Source: Bacteroidales bacterium
GTDB lineage: Bacteria > Bacteroidota > Bacteroidia > Bacteroidales > 4484-276
Direction: 5' to 3'
Length of the DNA: 59,953 nt
Assembly (NCBI GenBank): GCA_029934065.1
Contig: JAOZMX010000002.1
Location: forward strand, 138-60,090
Shown here: positions 44,901-48,759 of the stretch, piece by piece
How positions within the stretch are numbered: the first letter of the stretch is position 1
Layout: the number at the start of each line of letters is the position of its first letter
Translations under genes and position numbers: made by a program
The notes under the pieces: model-generated
The model's input: only the letters and a program-made list of their open reading frames with translations
Told to the model about the DNA's origin: nothing
Database searches by the model: none

Positions 44901-46077
44901 CCATTTAACCGTTACACAATGTCAGAATTATGTCCTGCAAAGCGGCTGGACGGGAATTTCGTCTTTCGTGGAACCTGAGGAGAGCAATGTGGAGGTTATT
45001 TTTGAAAATGTGGTTGAAAACCTTGTTATCCTCCAGTCGCAAACCGGTTTTTACTGGCCTCCACAAAATGTCAACACCATCGGCAACTGGAACCTGACGG
45101 AAGGCTACAGCATCAAGGTGAACAACAAAACCAACCTCACCATCAGCGGAACAAAAACCGTTGTAAACACCTTGCAACTTAATCCGGGATGGAACCTGAT
45201 TCCGGTGTTGACTCCTTGCAGTGTTGACGTTGAACAATTGTTCCAGGGGTTGGATATGGTAATCGTCAAAGAAGATGCCGGCTGGGGAATTTACTGGCCC
45301 GAAATGAATGTCAACACCCTGGGGGAACTTACCCCCGGAAAAGCTTACTTTGTGCTGATGAACAATTTTGCGGAAATCCTCTTCCCGGATTGTACATCCG
45401 ACACCAAAGCGGGAAGCATCAACCCCCTGCCCGATATCAACGGATTGTTGCAAACGGCATCATGGAACGGCATTACCAATACTCCAGTGACACATATCGT
45501 GGCCATACCCCTCCGGGCCGTTGATCCCTCGCTTATCGCAACGGGAGATATCATCGGTGTGTTCGACGGTTTCGGCAACTGCTTCGGCGCCACGGTGTGG
45601 GAAGATGAAAATACGGCAATCACCTTGTTCGGTGAAGATATGCTTACCGCGGCCAACGACGGATTCGACGAGTTGGACAATTTGTACTTTAAAATTTTCG
45701 ACCCCTCGTCGGGAACGATTTTCGAACCGGAAGTAACATGGGATGAGGAAATGCCTGACCACGACGGCCTGTTTCATGCCGACGGACTATCGGCAATACA
45801 AAGTTTTTATCAAATTACAAACGTAAACCAGGAGACGGCCGGACAACAGCAAGTAAGGATTTATCCCAACCCTGCCACCGACAGACTGTTTATTGAATTT
45901 TCGCAACAACAGGATGTCACGGTGGATCTGTTTGATATTCACGGGCAGCAGATTCTTACAAAAGAGATATCCGGCGTTGCCGGACAATTGGATATTTCCG
46001 GACTGACAAGCGGGATTTATCTTGTGAAAATTGAAGGAGAAAAAACCAGCATTGTCAAAAGGGTCATAAAGCGGTAA
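29914..46077 (+). CDS. Giant (5387 aa) secreted T9SS cargo protein with multi-domain adhesin-like architecture
   Basis: Single uninterrupted 16,164-nt ORF with ATG start and signal peptide (FGIIVLLIALLNIQGLVTAQ). Recognised by motif: four copies of the GVFDG...TAWE module (two carrying nested LamG). At least ten choice-of-anchor-D/ASH-like Ig domains (pattern F.P...G.....L.I.SND...P...V.L.G.G). A third nested LamG (KGKMDEIRIWNIARNESEIQSAM). CARDB-like domains (SDLTVHNIVIPDTVQAGATVDVSFTVTNNG and PDYTIPDISLSQNDILINETITVNLFVKNTG). Four Calx-beta-like units. A carboxypeptidase-regulatory-like unit. A Cys/Gly-rich hinge and a ~750-aa unassigned core. Two SbsA-type Ig-like units. Four ~87-aa Cys-containing repeats. 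The shared cassette and T9SS CTD. Confidence 0.9.
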   Translation: MDTKNKTGYFRHFGIIVLLIALLNIQGLVTAQNEPFEPVPPTGLPYGIVLTNLNINGETLPVGTQIGVFDGELCVGVVDFDGSDTLNLIAWEGDTSQNLAGYTAGNPMSFKFHVLWHSEYQNFDAEANYSVGDGTFGYGNYSAVTLWVTTGLIPHCWVSDTLLMFNMVPVNQSRSLPVVFHNGGTAKLAVTGIENGDSHFTCSSSSLLIDPAEQDTLWVTFIPTETITYSDVLTMQTDDPDLPALSIPLYGAGIPQAQPHIVVNPAALHFGSIAHGTTSSLILNLFNNGDATLEITEITSSNDAFALFGNTPFTVEPGKNTDISVLFSPAQTGSYYGTLTIQNNDHPVVVPLTGTAAQGHFSCVEPTGKPYPVLIDTIMMDGYFPSPENEIAVFDGTLCVGTGTFISSNNDKSLSLDGDNDYLTNENSTEFDLQQLTLSAWVFSENFNQNGFIFEKGAKNTQYSLFFQGDQIFFGTKPEGTSGYDNFAVNSASAGITDGQWHFITATYDGLQKKIYVDGTLAGTQNYSQPLHTGEQGQIIGAYGATGGHGYYFNGLIDEVRVWNVARTGEEIRAGMLFSLHPNTLGLVGYWNFGDGSINNLAFGATPSVLHGDAVADGEQFGGIFSEILITAWEKDDALGLPGFTPGNPMSFKIWCDVFDTWAETNATAEFITGNGNFGAGQISVVDLSGNAGIAPHMGLPAEELFVGQVEPGNTAVNEFTVFNTGNAPLHLIVSENAEAFDVSVSNAVIDPADSLQIGITFSPDAPGGYSADMKLYSNDPDNPVTAILLNGFAIPSGEPGIATSMDHIGFFNVVVDSVKTLSFYVINTGTLPLTVTEMKTSCAQFSVSPSAFTLENTNDLKEVFVSFTPDAKGLFTDTLTIVSNAPDHQLELFGTGFENHFNPVDPTGKPYPIVVNETNLGTTITPGDELSVFDGNTCVGMAAGMEGYFGKAAVFSAGADYITVDEPGEFTEFTVEFWRKSTGNGISNNPRMISMWKTAPNNSSDDALVIEHTNSNQNTVTVWFSPDGDNKQIGDINLSQQQWHHLAFTFDGTTAKVYADGELKASETYAPDPGLTFHCLQIGGDEPMNRYFNGLMDEVRLWNVAKTEEQIRSLFRFRLKGDEEGLTGYWPFDEDMNDHSPLQHATQAFGDVSLTGDVPLLFKNGNLALTAWEKDVANGLPGFTPGNPMSFKLWTEINGIASELDAEPDYLVGDGTFGYGQLTVVNLAFGLPQIAVDPEEFFVALEEPDSTEVVLHISNPGVDDLGFVISKAPENGQAPWLAVSDTSGTIAPSASTEITVKLYSEGLNDGLYETSLLITNNTIDHSPFAVPVSLNVTGNPQIAAQPDSLCMGEVVIGESGEDTLTLVNIGTKALIIDDMAILHSVTSGFDFSLPAKDFPVVLPPGGNLKVILLFAPSSTGFVTDTLTVSSNAVNDPGMQVILSGRGVTPADIYIPETVFGYTVVCGGTYSDSLKIHNLGQQTLEFALQSNAAWLEGYPQEAVIPGGDSITVHLNISAVDLYAGNYESVLTVNSNDPDDPVAELFSTLTVTGDPEIISTDYFDMGTAYLGDTLTGELAVANNGCDTLKVFSVSVESQYPVFIIDNSPFAIPPGEDKPLLITFVPLDIRQYSAIVILNSNDPVTPELQVVIAATGAEHPDMTVTPQNFEITLQSGENTQEPFTVENTGGESLIYQSEVSPMNSYMLNFDGDGDYINVLNDNSLNSGDALTVELWLYPSENADQFILGKENSVEGTYRLRINGDQHYEFRLNRQFSVISNTPATADQWTHVAATFDGSTMRLFINGILDAEQTFAPFTIESSSDNVRIGRSYKYKYFKGKMDEIRIWNIARNESEIQSAMGLTLSGDDPELMLYFPFTKSSGSIVNDASANGNNGILYGNPFRQQSTAPYDDFLSLINGNGSVEPGEQQSVILSVNSSGFPAGGYQRSVVVTSNSVNNPSDTVSLVVNIEGSGIINPVPAQLTFDNIFTGQTDTLMLTLKNTGALAVEVNGVSFSDPDFHTVDVIDKIFPFAQKQLRVVFAPSVVKTYEATLTLLLENATSPTLEIPLTGQGLTPPVPVFTPTQIDFGDVLVNNTATENAVLSNDGNALLEVYSATFDNGTFLTDDLILPQTIGFGEQIAFHIFFLPLNYETVVDHLLFSTNMGLLSLPVSGTGIPPDNDLSVIAVETPHDGCGLSDNESLTITIKNFGQFSQSNFNVGFSLNNAAPVIETVSTTLPSGESTGYTFAQTLDLSVFGNYSIETFTLLGDDQNTWNDTLAYSLSNYPPVGEVTGLSPADSSFGCVEPVTFSWNAVDNASFYDLYLWRTNQQKPEEPSVEGLTATSYTWYAYLNKNYLYNWQIVARNECSQSESEVFVFSFNIFSDLTVHNIVIPDTVQAGATVDVSFTVTNNGTGGTGIIPWKDRLYISPSPVFIPGEVQLLAEVQNVKALSQGESYTDTVSVAIGELLEGAQYVFVFADAGNIIQETDEENNLGVSQGTMEVLLPPYPDLSVEDVQSLTGNITPGTNTSVGWMTKNIGDAPAIGGWSCKISLVSGEQRLILGYVQYTDTLETGGFITQAGTFAVPEYPAMEGEVYLEVALTPYPGLVEKPNATANNTALSAESVTLEKRLYISIPQPVIEENAVSPLWCNVFRSGSRAEELTVTLNVSEENRLILPETVSIPAEQSGAAFAVSPVNNELIEGDVTVEIAAQAGDYPGTADTLTIVDDEMPSLNVEITPDEAVEGEIVDVTVTRDLVTSQALTVYLVAGMSDQLELPGSVEIQGNQASATIEVPVIDDNVPELTVEVTVSALLTGYLTGTDSLTISDDDIPAISFTINPDTVSEAGGPYASWGTIQLQEPADGTLTIQLSADPPGDIFFPQMITIANGMTQKQFNIGAVDNGVLDGDRVVELTASVFIESCSCGAPPTSGGTTTKEITVLDNDGPSLAVSAEPFVVPENLVNAGILTVTRNTNGGDAVEITLQNNSPDEISLPATAVIPEGEDQVEVPFGTIDDDIEDGDQIVMITVSAEGYGSGTCWVMVTDLNLPDYTIPDISLSQNDILINETITVNLFVKNTGFAVAPNGATVNIYRSDDTIPDDDDLLLDSQITQDGLDIGDSLEISSEITFTGEVGDFYIIATVNENNNRPELLSINNTSLALPLSVQPDYTATVTVEEEVFNGRTPIPIHGVTQTVNKAPVPDKPVDVYIIVDGVRRVHQVISDENGEFEYLFIPVNGEAGKYDVGACYPGQGLTDAQDEFTILGAKHTETGDILWNLTLGETQQKFLEIKNFTDLPLHNLQVEVEWAPAGCTVNFVPVVNLPGNGYATINYSVEATAVTQGDQYQQVKLSLVSDEGTRFEFVTWFYATAPIGNLKLDPVVLNATMVQNEINYVEFEVQNNGLDTTGPVSILLPELDWLSPASPDTIPSLQPGESATVTLSLTPGDDLQLNNPVTGQLVLTGTNSNSVLLPFSFEPISLETGNLLVDVVDEYTYNTTAAPHVEGATVILKHPYTGEIIAEGQSDENGHFLAEDINEGYYVLKVEAPQHIGYQDYIYIDKGIVNEVVTFITFQAITYTWNVVPTEIEDQYAVTLITQFETNVPAPVVIMDMPDTLPHLEQGEYFPFLVNLTNVGLITAEDVEITFPDDPEYMFTTTVDQFDILPNQTIQVPVVMEVRPPEKSGDGKKLVCADITIAKYQFDCGPDGKLRVVAAWSFYLGRVCGESGTPSNIFSQLPSFGPGGPGGGGGSLNSPGWSPEYQEPTPYQGTYIACDTCLVDAMNCLLDCINPIPGPLDCGADLLSNKLNLQNYISCILSVVDALTDGKLGCFYCIGTTAGCFLTVPFPSPPIIPMGNKGYSELSEMEQIFNDMIWLNKGYGALADYTVEILGNESFLEKEYLGEFRDSVAVFLDEKIPVDTVTRNNLVVAFEDTDISEEEILDFVDHWNTTMEAWSNGIYSPTQEYPDIADTLLLHEYQLNYDSTIQYTHTRGYPSFDSLYNADMVIMRAYLDNESQSVCATVTVEFSQTLTMTREAFEGTLTIFNGHETDAMQNIQLNLEVRDEEGIIRNDLFQINTLLLDEITAIDGSGILDAQTEGSVVIQFIPERSAAPTVPKYYSFGGTLTYLDPFTGEIYEQPLFPVTLQVNPSPNLYIDCFMQRNIFGDDALTEPIEPMIPAELAVMIDNQGMGTAKNVSLESAQPVIIDNDKGLLIDFEIIGSNLGGQPMQLGLYNVQFGDIPGGETAVGQWWFTSTLLGHFVSYEASVNHLDSYGNPDLSLVSGIQIHELIKSIRVYGALDDSINDFLVNDIPDANDIPDALYYSNGAVAEVFEAGSIQADGVVTLNDTIIQITVTPSEAGWNYALTDDPGNGLYRLVSCTRSDGQVIPEENIWLTYCTIPDGDEPIYENKLHFVDNFEATDSGGAEPADYTVVFEAIDQDVPKVVAVLGVPEEPADYPVENVQVVFSEPIEPTTFDYQDMVLKNQGGPNLMDTLVTVTPVNDSVFDVDISDKTSKNGYYTLTVQASGVADLSGNYGNEGLQVSWIQAIQAPAIDYFFGVPEEPGEPIDTILVLFNMPIYEITFTTDQLELTGTDGNPLPTGSLVITSESPNSVLFKISGLEALCGDDGTYLLTVKVTEIQGVTGLAGVLDQSVGWTVCQIPFPTAFAGNDATVCAGAAYPLNGTAENVSSVLWTTSGTGTFDNEQSLTAVYTPGTEDLAAGSVEITLNALPLNDCAPSATSSVTLSFENNTTVNAGEDAEVCENGTHTLFGMVTNAESFEWITSGDGIFDDNGILTPEYSPGPYDVETGFAILSLVAYPASPCTMPDTSSIMLTVKHLPEASVTPDTTICEDETLQLDAQASDYSSSFWITFGDGTFSSQQVLNPVYTPGAEDLQKGSVFLVLVVLPESPCYTNVIVPAHVAFARLPEVYAGEDSPASEYQPYQLSGFVDNALSFIWTTLGDGVFDDPNRIDAVYSFGTNDLTAGEVTLTLTAEPLSPCVSSVSDDIHLTVTQCQNYVLQSGWTGISSFVEPEESNVEVIFENVVENLVILQSQTGFYWPPQNVNTIGNWNLTEGYSIKVNNKTNLTISGTKTVVNTLQLNPGWNLIPVLTPCSVDVEQLFQGLDMVIVKEDAGWGIYWPEMNVNTLGELTPGKAYFVLMNNFAEILFPDCTSDTKAGSINPLPDINGLLQTASWNGITNTPVTHIVAIPLRAVDPSLIATGDIIGVFDGFGNCFGATVWEDENTAITLFGEDMLTAANDGFDELDNLYFKIFDPSSGTIFEPEVTWDEEMPDHDGLFHADGLSAIQSFYQITNVNQETAGQQQVRIYPNPATDRLFIEFSQQQDVTVDLFDIHGQQILTKEISGVAGQLDISGLTSGIYLVKIEGEKTSIVKRVIKR
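31144..31788 (+). other. LamG-like domain 1 nested inside GVFDG...TAWE module copy G2 (30994-31983)
   Basis: Module first half: CVEPTGKPYPVLI...ENEIAVFDGTLCVGTGTFISSNN. Then LSLDGDNDYL...WHFITATYDGLQKKIYVDG...GLIDEVRVWNVARTGEEIRAGM...GYWNFGDG. Then module second half: ILITAWEKDDALGLPGFTPGNPMSFKIW...GNGNFGAGQISVVDL. Confidence 0.65.
32752..33408 (+). other. LamG-like domain 2 nested inside GVFDG...TAWE module copy G3 (32614-33606)
   Basis: Module first half: FNPVDPTGKPYPIVV...GDELSVFDGNTCVGMAAGMEGYF. Then AVFSAGADYITV...WHHLAFTFDGTTAKVYADG...GLMDEVRLWNVAKTEEQIRSLF...GYWPFDED. Then module second half: LALTAWEKDVANGLPGFTPGNPMSFKLW...GDGTFGYGQLTVVNL. Confidence 0.65.
35020..35540 (+). other. LamG-like domain 3 nested inside an Ig-like (choice-of-anchor-D-like) domain spanning 34891-35825
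   Basis: Host first half: VTPQNFEITLQSGENTQEPFTVENTGGESLIYQSEVS. Then YMLNFDGDGDYINV...WTHVAATFDGSTMRLFING...GKMDEIRIWNIARNESEI...LMLYFPF. Then host second half: FLSLINGNGSVEPGEQQSVILSVNSSGFPAGGYQRSVVVTSNSVNNPSDTVSLVVNIEG. Confidence 0.6.
37790..39045 (+). repeat. Four tandem Calx-beta-like units (~100 aa each; tentative)
   Basis: Four successive segments share a common layout. Each has a short strand, then an E/N-rich site and a T/V-R-x-G-like turn, then an 'L/I-P..V.I..G....F.V..V/I.D' block, and ends in TIVDDEMPSL, TISDDDIPAI, TVLDNDGPSL or MVTDLNLP. The DY signature of canonical Calx-beta is absent, so the call is tentative. Confidence 0.5.
43873..44920 (+). repeat. Four tandem ~87-aa Cys-containing repeats (A.AG.D...C...L.G......W.T.GDG.F......Y.PG..D...G.V.L.L......C)
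   Basis: Repeat starts: AFAGNDATVCAGAAYPLNGTAENVSSVLWTTSGTGTFDN, VNAGEDAEVCENGTHTLFGMVTNAESFEWITSGDGIFDD, SVTPDTTICEDETLQLDAQASDYSSSFWITFGDGTFSS, VYAGEDSPASEYQPYQLSGFVDNALSFIWTTLGDGVFDD. This repeat style is common in large Bacteroidota surface proteins. Confidence 0.7.
45853..46074 (+). other. T9SS type-A C-terminal sorting domain of the 5387-codon product
   Basis: VRIYPNPATDRLFIEFSQQQDVTVDLFDIHGQQILTKEISGVAGQLDISGLTSGIYLVKIEGEKTSIVKRVIKR is a near-textbook Por-secretion-tail sequence. Confidence 0.85.
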
Positions 46078-46447
46078 AACATTTTTAACCTCCATTGCAG
46101 CAATAGACGGTAAAAAAGAAAAGAATACATCAACAGCCCGAAAAGTTGTTGAAAATTGCAAAGTGGTTTTGCCGGCGGAGTTGCAATGGGGGTTAATAAA
46201 AGTTACTTAATGGAAATGGGGTGAACCATATTTATGATTTGAACAACCGAAAGCCCGAGATTATTGAATGTCCCGGTTAAAATCGTGAACAGGAGCGTCA
46301 CCTTGTATCACTTGTGAACAATTCTCTTTAAAAATTCCTTCACAAATATAAATTCGTGAACAAAATACGTTATTAACCGTTATTGGAAATAGTATTTTAA
46401 GGAGAATTGAAATCAAGTTATCATCAATCATTAAAAGTTGAATTACT

Positions 46448-47158
46448 ATGAGAGCAAAATTTTTACTTTTATTTGTTGTATCCTGTTTTGTTTTTCAGGG
46501 GGTTGAAGGTCAAAATAATCAGAATAAAAAATTTTACTTTACTTCCGGAGGTGAAATGATTTTTTCGTTTGCCAGCATTGATGACAACGGCAATACGGAA
46601 GGGAACCCCATGCGCTGGACCCCGTGGTTCAATGTACAGAGCCTTGTCAATTACGATCCGACCAGGGTATTCGGACTGTTTTCGGGGGTTAATGTGCGAA
46701 ACATCGGTTTTATTTACGACAACTATGTCAGTCCGGTTACCGGTGACAAGGTAAAAAAGAAATTCAGAACTTACGATGTGGGCATCCCCATAGGATTTAA
46801 ACTTGGCAACCTTGACGGTTTCATGTTCTTTGGCGGGTACGAAATCGAGTTTCCCATCACCTACAAAGAGAAAACATTTCAAAACGAAAAGAAAACCGAA
46901 AAGTTCACCGTCTGGTTCAGTAAACGTGTGCCCACGGTTTATCACACGCTCATGGCAGGCGTTCAATTTCCTTACGGTTTTAACCTGAAATTCAAGTATT
47001 ACCTGACCAATTTTCACAATAAAGATTACGCCGAAACCATTAACGGAACGGAATACAAACCGTACGAGAACCTGAATGCCAATGTGTTTTACTTTTCATT
47101 GAGTTTCAATTTGTTTAAGGACACAAAATTTTATTATACCGAATCCGACATTAAATAA
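46448..47158 (+). CDS. Hypothetical secreted protein, probable outer-membrane beta-barrel
   Basis: 236-codon ORF with ATG start and signal peptide MRAKFLLLFVVSCFVFQGVEG. Alternating hydrophobic/aromatic strands (GVQFPYGFNLKFKYYLTNF, ANVFYFSLSFNLF). No family recognised. Confidence 0.65.
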   Translation: MRAKFLLLFVVSCFVFQGVEGQNNQNKKFYFTSGGEMIFSFASIDDNGNTEGNPMRWTPWFNVQSLVNYDPTRVFGLFSGVNVRNIGFIYDNYVSPVTGDKVKKKFRTYDVGIPIGFKLGNLDGFMFFGGYEIEFPITYKEKTFQNEKKTEKFTVWFSKRVPTVYHTLMAGVQFPYGFNLKFKYYLTNFHNKDYAETINGTEYKPYENLNANVFYFSLSFNLFKDTKFYYTESDIK

Positions 47159-47174
47159 TTTCAACCCTGAAAAA

Positions 47175-47957
47175 TTGAAAACACATCATCTGCTTCTTTT
47201 ATTTTTTTATTTTTTCTTGAGCCAAAACATTTTGCCGCAGCAGGATTCGGCACAATACAAGAACACTCCCTGGAGCAATCACTGGGAATATGATTATAAA
47301 AATGTTGCAAAAATCAGTTTAACGGCTTTGGCCTTCAGTAATATTTCCCTCTCCTACGAAAGGAGCTTCCGGCCGAGATGGACGATAAGCCTTAATGCGG
47401 GATACAAATTTTCGGGGGGTACGACCAATTTGTTAGGGATGGATTCCACCAGCATCTCCATTTCAACGGCTGGCATCAAAGGTTTTTCCGTTACACCCGA
47501 ACTGAGGTATTATATTAAAAGCTGTGAGAATCAGTCGCCAAACGGTTTTTATGCCGGAATATATTTGCGTTACGTCCATTACCAATCGGAAGCGTTCTTT
47601 AATCATTATCCCAATTATCCCGACAAAGACGTTGTTGATTATTTCACTTCCGACATCCGGCTGGATCAATATGGAGCAGGATTGATGATCGGTTATCAGT
47701 TATTGATCAAAAACCGGTTCATATTCGATTTTATCATCTTGGGGCCGCGAACTTCCCGGGTACAAATGATTTACAAATTCGATGACAATGTTACGGATGA
47801 ATTTTTATCCGATCTGCAATCGAACCTTCAGCAAATCGTTGACCGTTACGGGTTGGATTATCAGGTGGAGGTCAGCCAGAGCAATTCAAGAGAAGTACGT
47901 TATTCATTTGGTTTTACCGATATCCGGTTTTCCATCTCCATCGGATATGCATTTTAG
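47175..47957 (+). CDS. Outer-membrane beta-barrel protein, DUF3575-like
   Basis: 260-codon ORF that starts with TTG in the ORF track, with no in-frame ATG near the signal peptide (LLLLFFYFFLSQNILPQQ). Blocks NVAKISLTALAFSNISLSYERSF, FSVTPELRYYIK and GFYAGIYLRYVHY resemble DUF3575. C-terminal aromatic residue (IGYAF) is typical of OM barrels. Confidence 0.6.
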   Translation: MKTHHLLLLFFYFFLSQNILPQQDSAQYKNTPWSNHWEYDYKNVAKISLTALAFSNISLSYERSFRPRWTISLNAGYKFSGGTTNLLGMDSTSISISTAGIKGFSVTPELRYYIKSCENQSPNGFYAGIYLRYVHYQSEAFFNHYPNYPDKDVVDYFTSDIRLDQYGAGLMIGYQLLIKNRFIFDFIILGPRTSRVQMIYKFDDNVTDEFLSDLQSNLQQIVDRYGLDYQVEVSQSNSREVRYSFGFTDIRFSISIGYAF

Positions 47958-48041
47958 TCTCCGGATTAAAACAAAAAGAATGGTACAATGTTTGATACAC
48001 TTAGGGTTTCAATACATTTAATTTTAAATTAAAAATATTTA

Positions 48042-48665
48042 ATGATCACTCGAAAAATTTATTTTATATCGCTGGGCTTTTTTATCTTGTTTTTTGCCTG
48101 TTCGTCACCGATGAACGTGCAGTCGGACTATGATCACAATGTGGACTTTACCCAATACAAAACATACAATTTCATCCCGCAGCCTGTTGATTCGATAACG
48201 GGCAAGCCGTTGGTGCCATACAAAACACAAAGACGTCTGGAAGCCGGCATCGAGTATCAACTCCAAAAAAAGGGTTACCATTACATTTATACCGAGAATC
48301 CCGATTTTTGGATATCCTATTATGTGAAAGTCAATCAGGAAGAACGCCCGGGAAATGTTTACGTCATGGTTGCCCCACCCTATTATTTGTATAACAATCC
48401 GGCATATAACATGCATTACGGCAACCAGTATTATTCCGGAAATCCTTACACCGGAGGGTATTACGGCTGGGCCGGTGCCAGTGTTTCATCCTATACCTAT
48501 ACCACCGGGGCTTTGGCCGTTGACATTGTTGACGGAAAAACGGGAAAACTTGTATGGTATGGACGCGCAGGGGGAGAAATCAGCTCTAATCCCGGTGATA
48601 TTCAAAAAAATATAGACAAAGCTTGTGGTGATATTTTTGAAAAATTTAACTGGACTGCGAAATAA
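48042..48665 (+). CDS. DUF4136-like lipoprotein with a Tyr/Asn/Gly-rich insert
   Basis: 207-codon ORF with ATG start and lipobox (FFILFFACSS). DUF4136-like blocks: VQSDYDHNVDFTQYKTYNFIP and GALAVDIVDGKTGKLVWYGRAGGEI. Insert YYLYNNPAYNMHYGNQYYSGNPYTGGYYGW at 48381-48478. Confidence 0.7.
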   Translation: MITRKIYFISLGFFILFFACSSPMNVQSDYDHNVDFTQYKTYNFIPQPVDSITGKPLVPYKTQRRLEAGIEYQLQKKGYHYIYTENPDFWISYYVKVNQEERPGNVYVMVAPPYYLYNNPAYNMHYGNQYYSGNPYTGGYYGWAGASVSSYTYTTGALAVDIVDGKTGKLVWYGRAGGEISSNPGDIQKNIDKACGDIFEKFNWTAK

Positions 48666-48759
48666 AAGATTTACTTTTGCATTCGTTAAAAAAGCAACTA
48701 AATAAATTAAAGCAAACAATTGAAATAATATTTTATTAATCATTAACTTATTAAAGACT

